A stretch of 54,055 nucleotides of DNA, filler included, from Jimgerdemannia flammicorona (Eukaryota): assembly GCA_003990765.1 (NCBI GenBank). It is 3 parts of 3 records of this genome, joined end to end, with 100 filler letters (N's around TTAATTAATTAA, not from the genome) between each part and the next. Parts side by side here need not be neighbours in the genome. Positions count along the whole stretch, not along the records: positions 1 to 17,953 come from RBNJ01002350.1; 2 more parts are not named here. One strand, written 5' to 3'. How positions within the stretch are numbered: the stretch's first letter is position 1; every line of letters begins with the position of its first letter. This document shows positions 1 to 11,300 of this stretch, piece by piece. A program made the position numbers and the translations under genes. The notes under the pieces are model-generated. The model saw nothing but the letters and a program-made list of their open reading frames with translations. It ran no database searches and was not told the origin of the DNA.

Positions 1-1417
1 ACGGTCCCTTTTGCACATTGAACGGCTGGAACCTCCATCGTTCACCCTCCCAATGCTGTGTAGCGTTTCTGCTCTCCTAGCCCACTGCGAGCAATCTGCC
101 AAGGCAGCTCCGTTCAGCACACTCCTCCGCTTTATAGGAAACTTTCCTATCGCTCTTCACTTGTTCGAGGTCCACCAGGGGCCGAAGGAGTCTTGTCCTC
201 CATTTACGGACATGATTAGCTAGCAGCTTCCTTCGATCGTTGCTCCATGACTAATCGCCTTCCTTGCCTTTATTGGTTGTGGTACTGAAATTGATCCTTC
301 CGGTTTCGTGAATGCCAATTCAAACTTTTTATTTGAAGCATGATGATCTCCTTAGAACATTAAGAAGTATCCGCTTCCGAAATCAGAAAAGTATATACTC
401 CAATGCCGTTTCCACGAACAGTTTGACTTCATTGCCGTTACGCAACTTCTCTCCTCTCTCCATTGGCCTTCAAGGGATCAAAGTCGAGTTTCATAAGGAG
501 TCGATAGTTGCTCTGCGTTGTTATGGTAAACTTCAATGCCATCCTTGCATCGGCAATGAGGAGTTAGTGTGCAGACAAGCGTGGCAAGTTTTACGTCGCA
601 AGCGAAAGTTGTTGCGGTCAATGAGGTCTATGTCCAACTGAGAAGGCAGATGGAATTATAATCTGTATATTGGTCTCGACGGCGGTCCCGATGGCTGCGT
701 TAAGGTGTTAAGGTGGTCCTTGGTGACGGCGTCGGCGTCGATGGGCCTGGTTGCGTTGCTAGCCTCGGTCACCTTTTTATATCTGGATGCTTTCTCTTTA
801 GCCGACATAATCCTGGCTCTTATCTCTTCTTGCGCATTGAGCGACATGATGCTGGACACGCCTCTCGTTCCCGATTGCGAAGGTCTGTTCTCCATATTCG
901 GGCCTTGTCGCCGAGCGTCTTTCGCCATTTCAAACATTCTTCCGACGAAGTACGACCCTCTTCCGGTCCGAAGGCAAATTTACCCTTAGATTTGGAAAGG
1001 CCAGTCTATCGCTATTACCATTATTGGCTTCACCTCCTTAGCGGCAACGATTCTCCTCCCATCCACTCAAGCAACCATAGAACAGGATCGCAAAGCGTGG
1101 GAAGGAATCTTGCATTCTTCGTGTGAGTTTGCGCAGGAAGCCTTGTACAGAACACAAGGATCTCGTGGGAGGAGAGGTATACAATCCATTGCGCTTTGTC
1201 CAAAGCGATTTTCGTCAAATTCCAAAGCGTCCCGTGGAGGTTGGTGGGCCATCGGTTTCACCCTCCTCGGGATGTGTCTCAAGGTGCTAGACTCGTGTAT
1301 GCCAATACCGACTCCTGTTGGACGCAGAAAAAGCCGTAGTGGATCCTTGGTAAGAATTCTGTCTTTTAGTTGATAGATCAACGAAATCGTCAACTTAACG
1401 AGCGGTTTCATAGCTAT

Positions 1418-2815
1418 TGTGACGAACCAGAATGTACTACTTGAATTATACCTTAGCCAGATGACATGAAAACACAGCATAGTAACCAGCAACCATTGCT
1501 GCGGAAACTGCATAAATAGCCAGATTGCCAGACAAGGCATATCTGTGCAGGACCTGCACACCTGTGCTGGACCTGCACACTTGTGCTGGACCTACACAAA
1601 CTTGCCATAGATAGCAAATCTATAGTTAGCCACATAGTAACCAGATAGCAACCAACTTGTATAAATTACCCCAGAGACAAGAGTGAATAAACCTCAGTCC
1701 GAAATTCAGAACACATTTCAACTCTGGTTCGCTTTCCGATACAAAGAAGAGTCCGAAATTGAAGCAAAAGACAAGTCTGCCTACCACACTTCGAGAGGAA
1801 CTCTACAGCCACTGCTAGGAGATTGTGAGCTTATTTCCCCACTCCAGTCCACTTTCTGATACAAAGCTGATTTGCCGCCTAAGTTCAAGGAGAACTTTGC
1901 CGCCATTTGAAGAGAAGCCCGCCGCTTAAAGGAATAAGCCGCACTATTGGTATGCTTGCCAGATAAGCCTGAAGAACCTGAGTTATTTCCCAGAAGCCGC
2001 CGATTCAGGAAGAATCCGCGCCACCTGAGTTATTCGAGTCTTCCACTGTTTCCAAGTTATCCCCCGCCTTCCCAAGAAAGCCACCTTGCTCAAGCCAGTT
2101 TCTGATGCAACTTCGCAGTGATTCATCACGCAAACGAAGCCAGTCTTTAACACAACTTTGCCAAGAGACCCTTTCCCAAAGAACGCCACCAGTAGTTCGT
2201 ATTCCCAGTTGAAGCTGATTCTGAAGAATCTGCACCATCTGAGTTACCTACACCAGTCTGAGTTATCCGAGTTATTTGAATTATCCACGCCATCCGAGTT
2301 ATTCGTTTGTTCCCAGTGAGCCAAATCGAGTTATCCGCCAGAGATCGCATACTTTTGGAGATCACTGCCACCTAAGAAGGAAACCGTTAAATTGACAGAT
2401 TGTCATGCATAAGGAACCCACCGCGCTACACAGAGATCATCGTGCTACACAAGATCATCATGCAGAAATCGCATAAGGAGAACTGCTAAATTGCCAGAGC
2501 ATCATGCACAAAGAGATCGTCGTGCTACACAGAAATCACCTGCTACTCAAGAAGGAAACCGCTCGTGCTACACACAAATTCTGCCATTCCCAGTTGACCC
2601 AAGAAGGAAAGACACAAATCACCGCTACACCTAGAGAACCATCCCAATAAGGAAACTGCTCGCAGATATCCAGCTTGACTATTATACCACTAAACACCAA
2701 GAACCTCAGGAATCTTAGAACATTTTGTTGCTTTTAACAAAGTAACTGGGGGCTCAAGCCAAACTACATCAACCCCCAACCTTGTAATTTGCCTCCATTG
2801 AGCCAGCATGTTACA
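1418..2815 (+). repeat. 5' LTR (~1.4 kb) of the dUTPase gypsy element
   Basis: Starts TGTGACG at 1418 and ends GTTACA at 2815, just before the PBS. TATAAAT at 1660, AATAAA at 1686. Internal short repeats, including a ~19-bp unit x3 at ~1547-1598. The partner LTR is not in this contig, so the boundaries are inferred. Confidence 0.75.
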
Positions 2816-2817
2816 TT

Positions 2818-2834
2818 TGGGGGCTCAACTGGGA
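2818..2834 (+). promoter_or_regulatory. Primer binding site, tRNA-Pro-like (TGGGGGCTCAACTGGGA)
   Basis: 2 nt after the LTR-terminal CA. Resembles the MLV tRNA-Pro PBS TGGGGGCTCGTCCGGGA. Confidence 0.75.
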
Positions 2835-5800
2835 AGATTTCTAATCGATGTGACTTTTCAGCTCACAAGAACCCACAGTCAAACTGGATACATTTGATAC
2901 AACACCAATCTCTGCCACTACAGGAGAACCAGTCATCACTAGTATTTGGACAGGAAGAGAAGTAATCACCTCAAGACTTGCCTACTACTCAGCATCAGAA
3001 GGGTCCCAACCAGAAGCAGGAGGCAGTACAGCCCGAAATCCCCAACCAGATCAACCAGACCAACCAGACAATACAGGCAGCCCTGCTAGAGTTTTTGGAG
3101 AACTTGCACAAGAGCTAGACGAACTTATTATCTGGACCCAACATCTTACAGCCAGACAGCATACACCAGTCCCACCAATCTCACCAATAGAACCCCTACC
3201 ACAACCTCTTGCAGAACCAGAAGTAGCTCCTACAAGGATACCTAGGCCTACTCCACCTCATCCAAGGACCAGAACACCATCCTCAAGATACCCAAGCACC
3301 CTGATCTCTAGTGACAGTTCAGAAAGTGAATCAGAATCAGAATCCGAATTTGAACCAGAATCAGAGGAAAGTGATGATGAAATGGCCACCTCATTGCCAA
3401 CCTTTGCAAGATACCCGGAGGAAGACCCTAGAGAATTCCTTGATGGAATTGAAGGAATTGCAGCTTTGAGGAATCTTTCAGATGAAAGAAAAATCGCTAT
3501 CTACAAAGCCTAGCTCAGGGAATCAGCCAGAGGAATTTTTCACCGAACAGCAAGCAATCCAGACTCAGAACTGGCAAGACAGATACAAGCAGCATTTTCT
3601 GATGAGCTAGAATATGAGGCCATGGTCCACTGGCTCATTGAAAAATATGCAGGAAACAAAACCCGCCACAAGGCTCAAGAATCCATCATGGGAATGAAGA
3701 TGAATCTTGGAGAATCACCCAGAGCCTTCTTCACAAGAATCCAGAAGAGAATGTATTCTGCCGGGTTCAATGCCACCAACCAGGACATCATAGGTCCAAT
3801 GACCTTCATGAATGGAATTCCCCCGAATATTGCCCAGCATGTCTGCACCCTAGGCATCAGAAGGTCTGAAGAACAAGTAGATGCAGCACAAGGATTCTTT
3901 GATGTCAGACAAGGGACCACCTGGAGTGATCATGATAAGAAAGAAGATAAAGAAGATATCCTGGTCAAAGCTCTACAAGGACTCCTTCAAGGATAAGAAA
4001 GAGCTGAAGAAAGAAGGCCAGCCAAGGAAGGAAAGAAGGACAGAAGTAAAATTCAAGACCTCAGCTCCAAGTTAGATCGATTGGTTTAACAGATTGAAAA
4101 ACTCACTACATGCGAAAATCAGGACTACCAAAACCACAGAGGATACCCACCACAGAGGAGCTAAGGTTATCCACCAAGAGATAATAGGAATTACCAGCAA
4201 GAAGAAAGAAGGTACCCTGTCTGAGACAGAGCCCAAGTCCAATGCTTCCACTGTGGACAATTTGGACACTATGCCACTGAATGTGACAACAAAAGAAGTG
4301 ATCGAAGAGACTCAGAACTACCAAACCGAAGGAATGACACCCAGCACAAGAAGACTGAAGCCCATCCTGTTGAAGATTTCGAGGAAGCAAGCAACAGTGA
4401 AGACTACAGTGACCTAGACTTGTACCCTACCAAGGTTACCACCCGAAAGACAGTCTACCTAGCAGAAAAAAGAAAGAGACCTGTGGGAAGACTATCCAGG
4501 AACATCAGCAGAAGAATTATCCAAGAAGAGGACGAAGAACATGAGGAGGAACAAGTTGAAACACCTCCCCGAACTCCCTCACCTTTTGTGCCCGAGACAA
4601 ACAAGTTGCCACCAGAAGATGAAGAAATGGAACAAGAAGAACGGGAACCTGCTGCTCCAAAGTCTAAAAAGAAGTACACCCCGAAGACCATGTCTAGGAA
4701 TATTTACAATGAAGCCTGGCAGAAGATTCAAGAAGCCAAGATGGAAGTTCCTCTCCTACAGTTCTTGCAATTGACACCAGCTGGAGTCCAAAACAAACTG
4801 CTGAGAACCACCAGGTCTAGCACTGGCCGAGTTCCAATCCTACAGCAAGAACCAGCATCCATCCCTGTCCAAGCAGCTGAAAGACATGTCAGCACCTACT
4901 TACATAGAGATATTGGAGGACAAAAAGCAAAAATCCTCATAGATACAGGAGCAGCTGTCTGTGTCATTGCCAAACGATTTTTGGACACCCTCCAATGGCC
5001 CATTGATGGACCATCCAATCTCAGCATCATAGTAGCAGCTGGAGCCCGAACTCAACCCCTTAGAGAAGTACGAAATATCACCATCTCCCTTGGACACATT
5101 CAGTTCTCCATCCCAAAAGCTGTTGTCACCGAAGCTGTCACCTACGACATGATTCTTGGTACCAACTGGATGAAGGAAATGAATGCAGTTGTTGATATTG
5201 GTCAACAAGTACTCAAGTTTGACTACTAAGGCAAGAAGTATAGAGTTAAGATAACCAGCTATAAGCAGTCAAAGAAGAAGAAGAAGGTCACTATTCAAGA
5301 AGAATATGCCAGCAGTGAGGAGTCTACTACAGAAGAGAAGGAAGAATCCGAAGATGAAAATGATTCCAGACTCAATCCCCGAATCAACCTGGTGGATGAC
5401 AGACCAGAAGACAATGTGTGGGCTAAGAACACTATTCCTATCACCATTGGAGCCATTGTAGGAGAAGCCAAAGGATGCCCTACATGCCTCAAGAGACACA
5501 AGTGTCCCGAGCACTCCTCCAAGATCATGGGAACAAGGAAATTGCCTGGCACAGCTTGTCCAGAGTGTAGAAGGAAAAAGAAGAAATGCAGGCATGTTCC
5601 AGAAACCCCTGCAACTAAAGCTGCAGAAGTACAAGCAATTTGGGGTCAAGAATCATCCGAGGAAGAAGAGACTTCTGACCAAGAAGTTCCCGAACAAGAA
5701 GCATCTGATGAAGAAGAAGTCCCTGAACTCATCCCCTGGGATGACCCTCGCTGGGCACCACCTGAAGACAATAACCCCTGGAATACAGAGGAAGGACCCA

Positions 5801-6567
5801 GTACTATCACCATTACCCCCAAGAAAGAAACCCACTAAGAGAAAGCTTTCCAGCTAGGAAGATGTCCACACCAAATGGTCTTCCACTCCCCCCGAGACTA
5901 CTGCTATAAGTGTCATCTATTGGATCAACAAGAAAGACAGAGACCTCAGAGACCAGAACCCCCAACTACTCTTGTACAGTCTACCACCTTTCAAGAAGTC
6001 ACCACAAGGTTACAAAGTCGATTTAGAGGACAAGGCTTCTTTACCCGAACAGAAATATATCCCCTGTCTACCCTTCCACCCACCTATGATCAAGATGGAT
6101 ACTGATTCCCAAGACAACAGGAAATAAACAGCCGGGAACACTATTTCCGGGCAATGGGATATTGCAACCATGGAAGACACCCTGACTGCCAAGACTGCAG
6201 ACATCAGAAGATTCACCTCAGCCATGATATTGTGGTGCACACTTTGAAGAAAGGAGATAACCGAGGCCAGATCCGAAAAAGTCAGATTCGAAAAAGCCAG
6301 ACCAAAAAATCAGGAAGAAGAATCCTCAAGATCTACGATTTGGGAGAAGACATCCTAGCTCTCATCAGACATACAACCCGCCAAGGATGGGCAGAAGATG
6401 CTACCAACTTCATGGAAGCCCTTGACCCTACAGGAAGGAGGGGAATCAATTACCTCCAAGACCCCTCTACTGGAGCCAGGTGGCCACACCTCAATCTCAG
6501 AGCCTGGAGGCTCTCTGCCAGTGGAGCTTCAGCCTTAGGAAAGCCCGAACTCAGCAAGAATATTGCC

Positions 6568-6975
6568 CAGTATGCCCTGCTGCACCCCAAGGCCAAACCC
6601 CCGACCAAAGCCCACCCAGAGGATGTAGGATATGATCTCCACAGTCTGGAGGACGAATCTATCAAGCCTGGAAATACCTTCATGGTCAGAACCAGCTTAG
6701 CCATGTAGCCACCTCAAGGAGCTTATATTCAACTGACCTCAAGGTCCGGACTTGCCGGACAAGAGATAACTGTAGAAGGAGGAACCATTGACCCTGGATA
6801 TACAGGCGAAATCAATGTCATCCTACACAACAGCAGTGCAGAATGGCACCGAATCATTAGAGGACAGAAGATTGCCCAAGCAGTCTTCATGAAAGTCAAG
6901 ACCCCACAGTTACTGGAAGTCTCTGAACTAACTGAAGGAACCAGACAAGCCAAAGGATTTGGAAGTTCAGACAGG
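6568..6975 (+). pseudogene. dut: Trimeric dUTPase domain within ORF1
   Basis: All five motifs: DVGYDL, SRSGLA, GTIDPGYTGEI, KIAQAV, RQAKGFGSSD. One internal TAG at 6706 (probably CAG). Confidence 0.93.
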
Positions 6976-7322
6976 AAAGAGGTACACCTCCTTCAAGTCA
7001 ACTACCTCAAGAGGAATGTTCCCCAGCAAGTGTACCAGCAATCAGTTAGACTGCACAAGAATCTCATTCAGGAGCCCAGAGAACAAACTACCTTCGAAAT
7101 CTTTGCACCACCCAACCCCAGAAATCTTTTCTTTGAACCCAAGGAAGACATTCCACATCTGGACATAGAGGGACACACATTCCCTGACAAAATGAACCCG
7201 ATACACTCCCGAGCAACCAACCAAAGTTGGGAGACCATCATCTTGCCAAAAGGAACCATCATAGGACACCTGGTGCCTTTTCTCAACTGAACTCATAGGG
7301 AAGTTTATGAACTAAACCTATT

Positions 7323-7329
7323 GGGAAAC
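7323..7329 (+). promoter_or_regulatory. Putative -1 ribosomal frameshift slippery site G_GGA_AAC
   Basis: Correctly phased in ORF1, inside the 7311-7380 window where both ORF1 and the -1 RT frame are open. Imperfect stem 7338-7369 begins 8 nt downstream. Confidence 0.7.
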
Positions 7330-8795
7330 GGCAAAATGTCCCAGAAGAAAGGAAAGGCCCCTCTGCGACCCAGGAGACAGTGAAGCCTTCCACCAACATT
7401 GGAGAAGAATTGACACCTCAACAACAGCAACAATTAGTAGAACTTCTCAACAAATATCAAGATATCTTCACCACTGATTATGGCAACCTACCATACAATC
7501 CATCATATCACTACAGCATAAATACAGGAAGTGCAACACTCATCCAACAGAAACCCTATAGAATACCCCATTACTTGAAAACATTCGAAAAGGAGCACAT
7601 CCAAGAACTCTTAGACAATGGAGTCATCCGACCCTCTACCAGCCCCTGGGCCAGCCCTATACTTATTGTACCAAAGAAAGGAGAATGGAGACTCTGTGTG
7701 GATTACAGAAAACTCAACTCAGTCACTGAAAAGGATGCTTATCCTTTGCCCAGAATCGATGACCTTTTGGACCAGTTACAAGATACCAGATACTTCAGCA
7801 GTATGGACCTCTTCACAGGATTCCATGAGATCCCCATGGACCCTAAGGACATTCAAAAGACAGCCTTCCTTGCTCTAGGAAAGCTGTTTGAATACCTCCG
7901 AATGCCCTTTGGACTCTGCAATGCACCCCCCACCTTCCAGAGGATGATGAATTCGGTCTATGCCCCCTTGATCCACCACTGTCTGATTGTATACATGGAT
8001 GATTCCAACATCTATTCAGCAAATTTCGAAGAACACCTGCACCACCTAGAGGAATTCTTCAAGCTCACCTGCAAGAATCACTTGAGATTGAATGCAAAGA
8101 AATGCTACTTTGGGAAACAGAAACTTGAATTCTTAGGATTCATGGTTTCGAAAGAAGGGACTCATACAGACCCAAAAAAAACTGAGAAGATCAACAATTG
8201 GCCAATACCCAAGACTCCAAAGGAAACACTATCATTCTTGATGCTAGTATCCTACTACAGAAGGTTTATCAAAGGTTTTGCCCAAATCGCTGCCCCAATC
8301 CGGATCCTTCTCAAGAAAGGAGTACCATTCAAATGGACAGAATCGCAAGAAAAAGCCTTCAGAGAACTCAAGAACCACATGACTACAGCACCAATTCTTG
8401 TGTGCCCCAACCTACAGAAGCCATTCATCTTGTGCACAGATGCTTCCAAAGATAGCCTAGGAGTAGTTCTAGCCCAAGAAGGACCTGACCAACAGTATCA
8501 TGTGATAGCTTATGCAAGCAGAGCTACCAATCAGCAGAAAATAAACTATGGTAGCACCAAACTGGAATGTCTTGCAGTCATATAGGCAGTTACCCTGTTC
8601 AAGCACTACCTCATCAGAAAAAGGTTCACTCTGATCACAGACCATGCAGCCCTCAAATGGCTATTCAACCACAAGGAACCTGCCGGAATCCTAGCCCACT
8701 GGATCCTTATCCTTCAGGATTACAAAATCACCATCATTCACAAAGCAGGGAAAGCCCACAACAATGTTGATGTACTTTCCTGCCAGCCCCAATGA
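7323..8795 (+). pseudogene. pol: Reverse transcriptase - RNase H
   Basis: SPWASPILIVPKK, WRLCVDYRKLN, MPFGLCNAP, YMDD, TDASKDSLG, TDHAALKWL. One TAG at 8583 (probably TGG). Confidence 0.95.
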
Positions 8796-9040
8796 ATCAG
8801 AGGAAGGGTGTCCTGAGGAACCACACCCTAAAGGAAGCTCCTCAGACTATCAAAGTAAAAGAAAATCTTATCCGAAAAGAACATCAGAAAGCTCACCAAG
8901 GACAAACAAGCATAGAAGACAGGATTCGAAAACAATATCAACATTGGCCCCACCTCAGAACTCAAGTCTGGGACATCATCCGAAAATGTGACATCTGCCA
9001 GAAATACCAAGGGAAGAAGAACTATCAAGCCCCTCTGCCA
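8792..9040 (+). pseudogene. Integrase N-terminal HHCC zinc domain, truncated
   Basis: EHQKAHQG...WP...CDICQK, in a different frame from RT-RH. Sequence switches to LINE ORF1 at ~9040. Confidence 0.85.
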
Positions 9041-9245
9041 GAGTAGGGGTGGAATGAGACAGCAAGTATAGGGGCCGATACTACAATGCTGGATACTGGG
9101 AGGCCAGTGACACTAGGAGAAAAGGAGGTGGGAAACCTACTGCAGATGTGTTGAATGATGAACAACTTTGCATACAATTCACATTACATCAACTTCAAGC
9201 AACAGTTTTTCGACACAACTCAGGGAAAAGATATTATAAATATAT

Positions 9246-11269
9246 CATCGAGCAAGAGTTCTGATGGGTATGCTGGGTTAGGTAGACCTGGGGCTTTTGG
9301 CTGGCAGAATGTGGTGAGGGGCTATGGTCTGGGGATGGGGGTCTTTGGAGGGTCAAAAGGTAGTGAGGGCTCTGGAGGTGGACTGGTATCTGGTAGCCAT
9401 AGGGGAAGGACTGGCCCCCAAAGCTTTGTGGATAAGGTGAAGGAAAGTGGATGGCCAGCAGGATCTAGGGCTGGTGCTGCTATGGAGAAGGGCAAGGTGA
9501 GCCCAGAGAGGGGGGGAGGTACTCAGGTGGGGGGTGTAAGCATAGGTGCTAGAGGGGCTGTGGCTGGGGATGAAACTACTAATGGGAGTATGACAGGGAA
9601 TCAGAAAAAAAAAAGAGATGTGATGGCTAATAGTGGAGTAGGGCAGGGGTTCCCGATGTGGAAGGGAGATCTGGCCAATAGTATAATGGGGCTGGCAGTT
9701 GCACTATTACTCAGAAAATCAATCTCAGAGTTTGTAGTGACACTGTGTTTTCGAGACTTAGTAGTGACAGTAAGGATGGTCTTGAGACTTATCTTGAAGC
9801 AGGTGGCTGAGGCCATGTCAGTGAAGTTTCTGAAGGGTCTGGAGGGGGTTGAGGTGGGCTTTGAGGAGGTGAGTCCACTGGAAGAGGCTCTGAAGGCTGG
9901 AGTAGCTATTGGGGAGGTGGTGGTCTCCATGGTGCACTGCCTGAGGTGGAACTCTAGGGTAGTGTAGCTGCTGATGAAGGGGGTGCCTACAGTGATGAAG
10001 GAGGAGACTAGGAGGAGGGTGGAGGAGGTGATGGCAGAGTATGGTGATGTGGTAGATATCAGTTTTCAGGTGTGAGAGAGGACCTCCATTAGGACAAGAG
10101 ATATGGATATGAGGATTAGACTGGCAGGAAGAGAGGCCATAGGGAAGACAAGTAACTGGCCCTCAGTACTGATGTGGGGGGCTTTTGTCTATAGGGTGTC
10201 AAGGATGAGAGGAAGTGAAGAGGAGGAAGAAGACTTGTTGGAGGCTCTGGAGGAGTTGAGTGGTGTAGTTGAGAGGAGGGCGAAGGCCTGGAGAGTGTTT
10301 GAGGAGTTGAGACATCTGGAGATTGTGGATGGAAAGTATATTCGCACTAACAAGGAGCAGTGGGAGCAGGTCCAGAGGTGCAGAAGGCAGAGGGAGCTAT
10401 TGGCGAGTATGAAAGAAGGGGCAAAGAAGAAGGTGGATGGGAATGAGGTATCTGGGGGCATCAAGACCAGTGTCTGGGCTAGTAAAGGAGAAGGGGAGGT
10501 GGAGGCAAACAAGAAAGAAGCTGGGAAGATACTGAGCAAGGACCCCTATGCAGATGTCACGTTTGAAGTCTGGGAGTAGGATTTGGATGCCACCCCCCCC
10601 CCTCTTATCAGAAGGGGCCCAGTTGTGAAGAGAGGGACAGCAGCAGATATGCTGATATAGGGGGCCCAGCAGGTATACTTTGGAGTCCCTAATGTGGCAA
10701 AAGGGGGCCAGCTGGTGGCAGTTGGAGAGGATGAGCTGGTGGATGTCCCTGAGGAGGAGTAGGATGAGGCTGCCAGTATAGGAGCTGATACCACAATATT
10801 GGATGCAGGTTGGCCAGGGACTCTGGGAGGGAAGGAGGTGGGGAACCTGCTGTGGATGAGTAAGGTAATGGATAACCTTGCAGCTGAGGAGTTAGGAGAA
10901 GTGGACCTGTATGTAATTCTTGAGGAGTATTAGGCACAGATTCTGTGTGGTGATGGGGTGGTGGAGGTACTGAAAGTGGAGATTCTGGCGATTTTCATAG
11001 AGAAGAAGAGATATGAGGTTAATAAGGTAAGAGAGGAGGAGCTGGCAGTTATTGCAGGTGAGCAGGCTGCCTACTGTTGGGCAGAGCATCATGGTTTGCA
11101 GCTCTGGCAGGAGGCCTGTCTGGAGTATTGTGAGGACTTTGAGGAGAGAGAGAATGGGGTGATGGCTGAACTGCTGAGAGGGTTGGAGGTACAGGAAGCT
11201 GAGAAGAAGGAACTAGCAGTGGAATATAGCTTGGACTTGGCACAAGAGGAGTTGAATGTGGATTTGTAA
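9246..11269 (+). pseudogene. LINE B ORF1 (degenerate)
   Basis: Colinear with copy C ORF1 (KSISEF.V...F, VKFLK.LEGVEVGFEE, GLQLWQEAC). Confidence 0.8.
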
Positions 11270-11300
11270 AAGATGTAAGCAATATATAATATTATTTCTT

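Larger units (their letters stand above)
2848..7383 (+). pseudogene. gag: ORF1 polyprotein: Gag (capsid, CCHC knuckle) - aspartic protease - Cys/His clusters - dUTPase - dUTPase-like spacer
   Basis: ATG at 2848 and ORF fragments 3622, 4420, 5392, 5875, 6154 and 6889 are all in the same frame, separated by single stops. Motifs: LPTFARYPEEDPREFL, CFHCGQFGHYATEC (4243-4284), ILIDTGAAVCVI (~4933). Confidence 0.88.
1418..9040 (+). mobile_element. Ty3/gypsy LTR retrotransposon with dUTPase, 3'-truncated by LINE insertion in integrase
   Basis: TG..CA LTR, PBS, then Gag (CCHC), aspartic protease, dUTPase, RT (YMDD), RNase H and integrase HHCC, in gypsy order (RT-RH-IN). Most stops are explainable as C->T or G->A changes. 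Confidence 0.95.

Noticed and set aside
1..1417. CpG-intact unique-looking DNA with several short overlapping ORFs
   Set aside because: No recognisable domain or consistent frame. It could hold exons or a pseudogene, but I cannot support a call.
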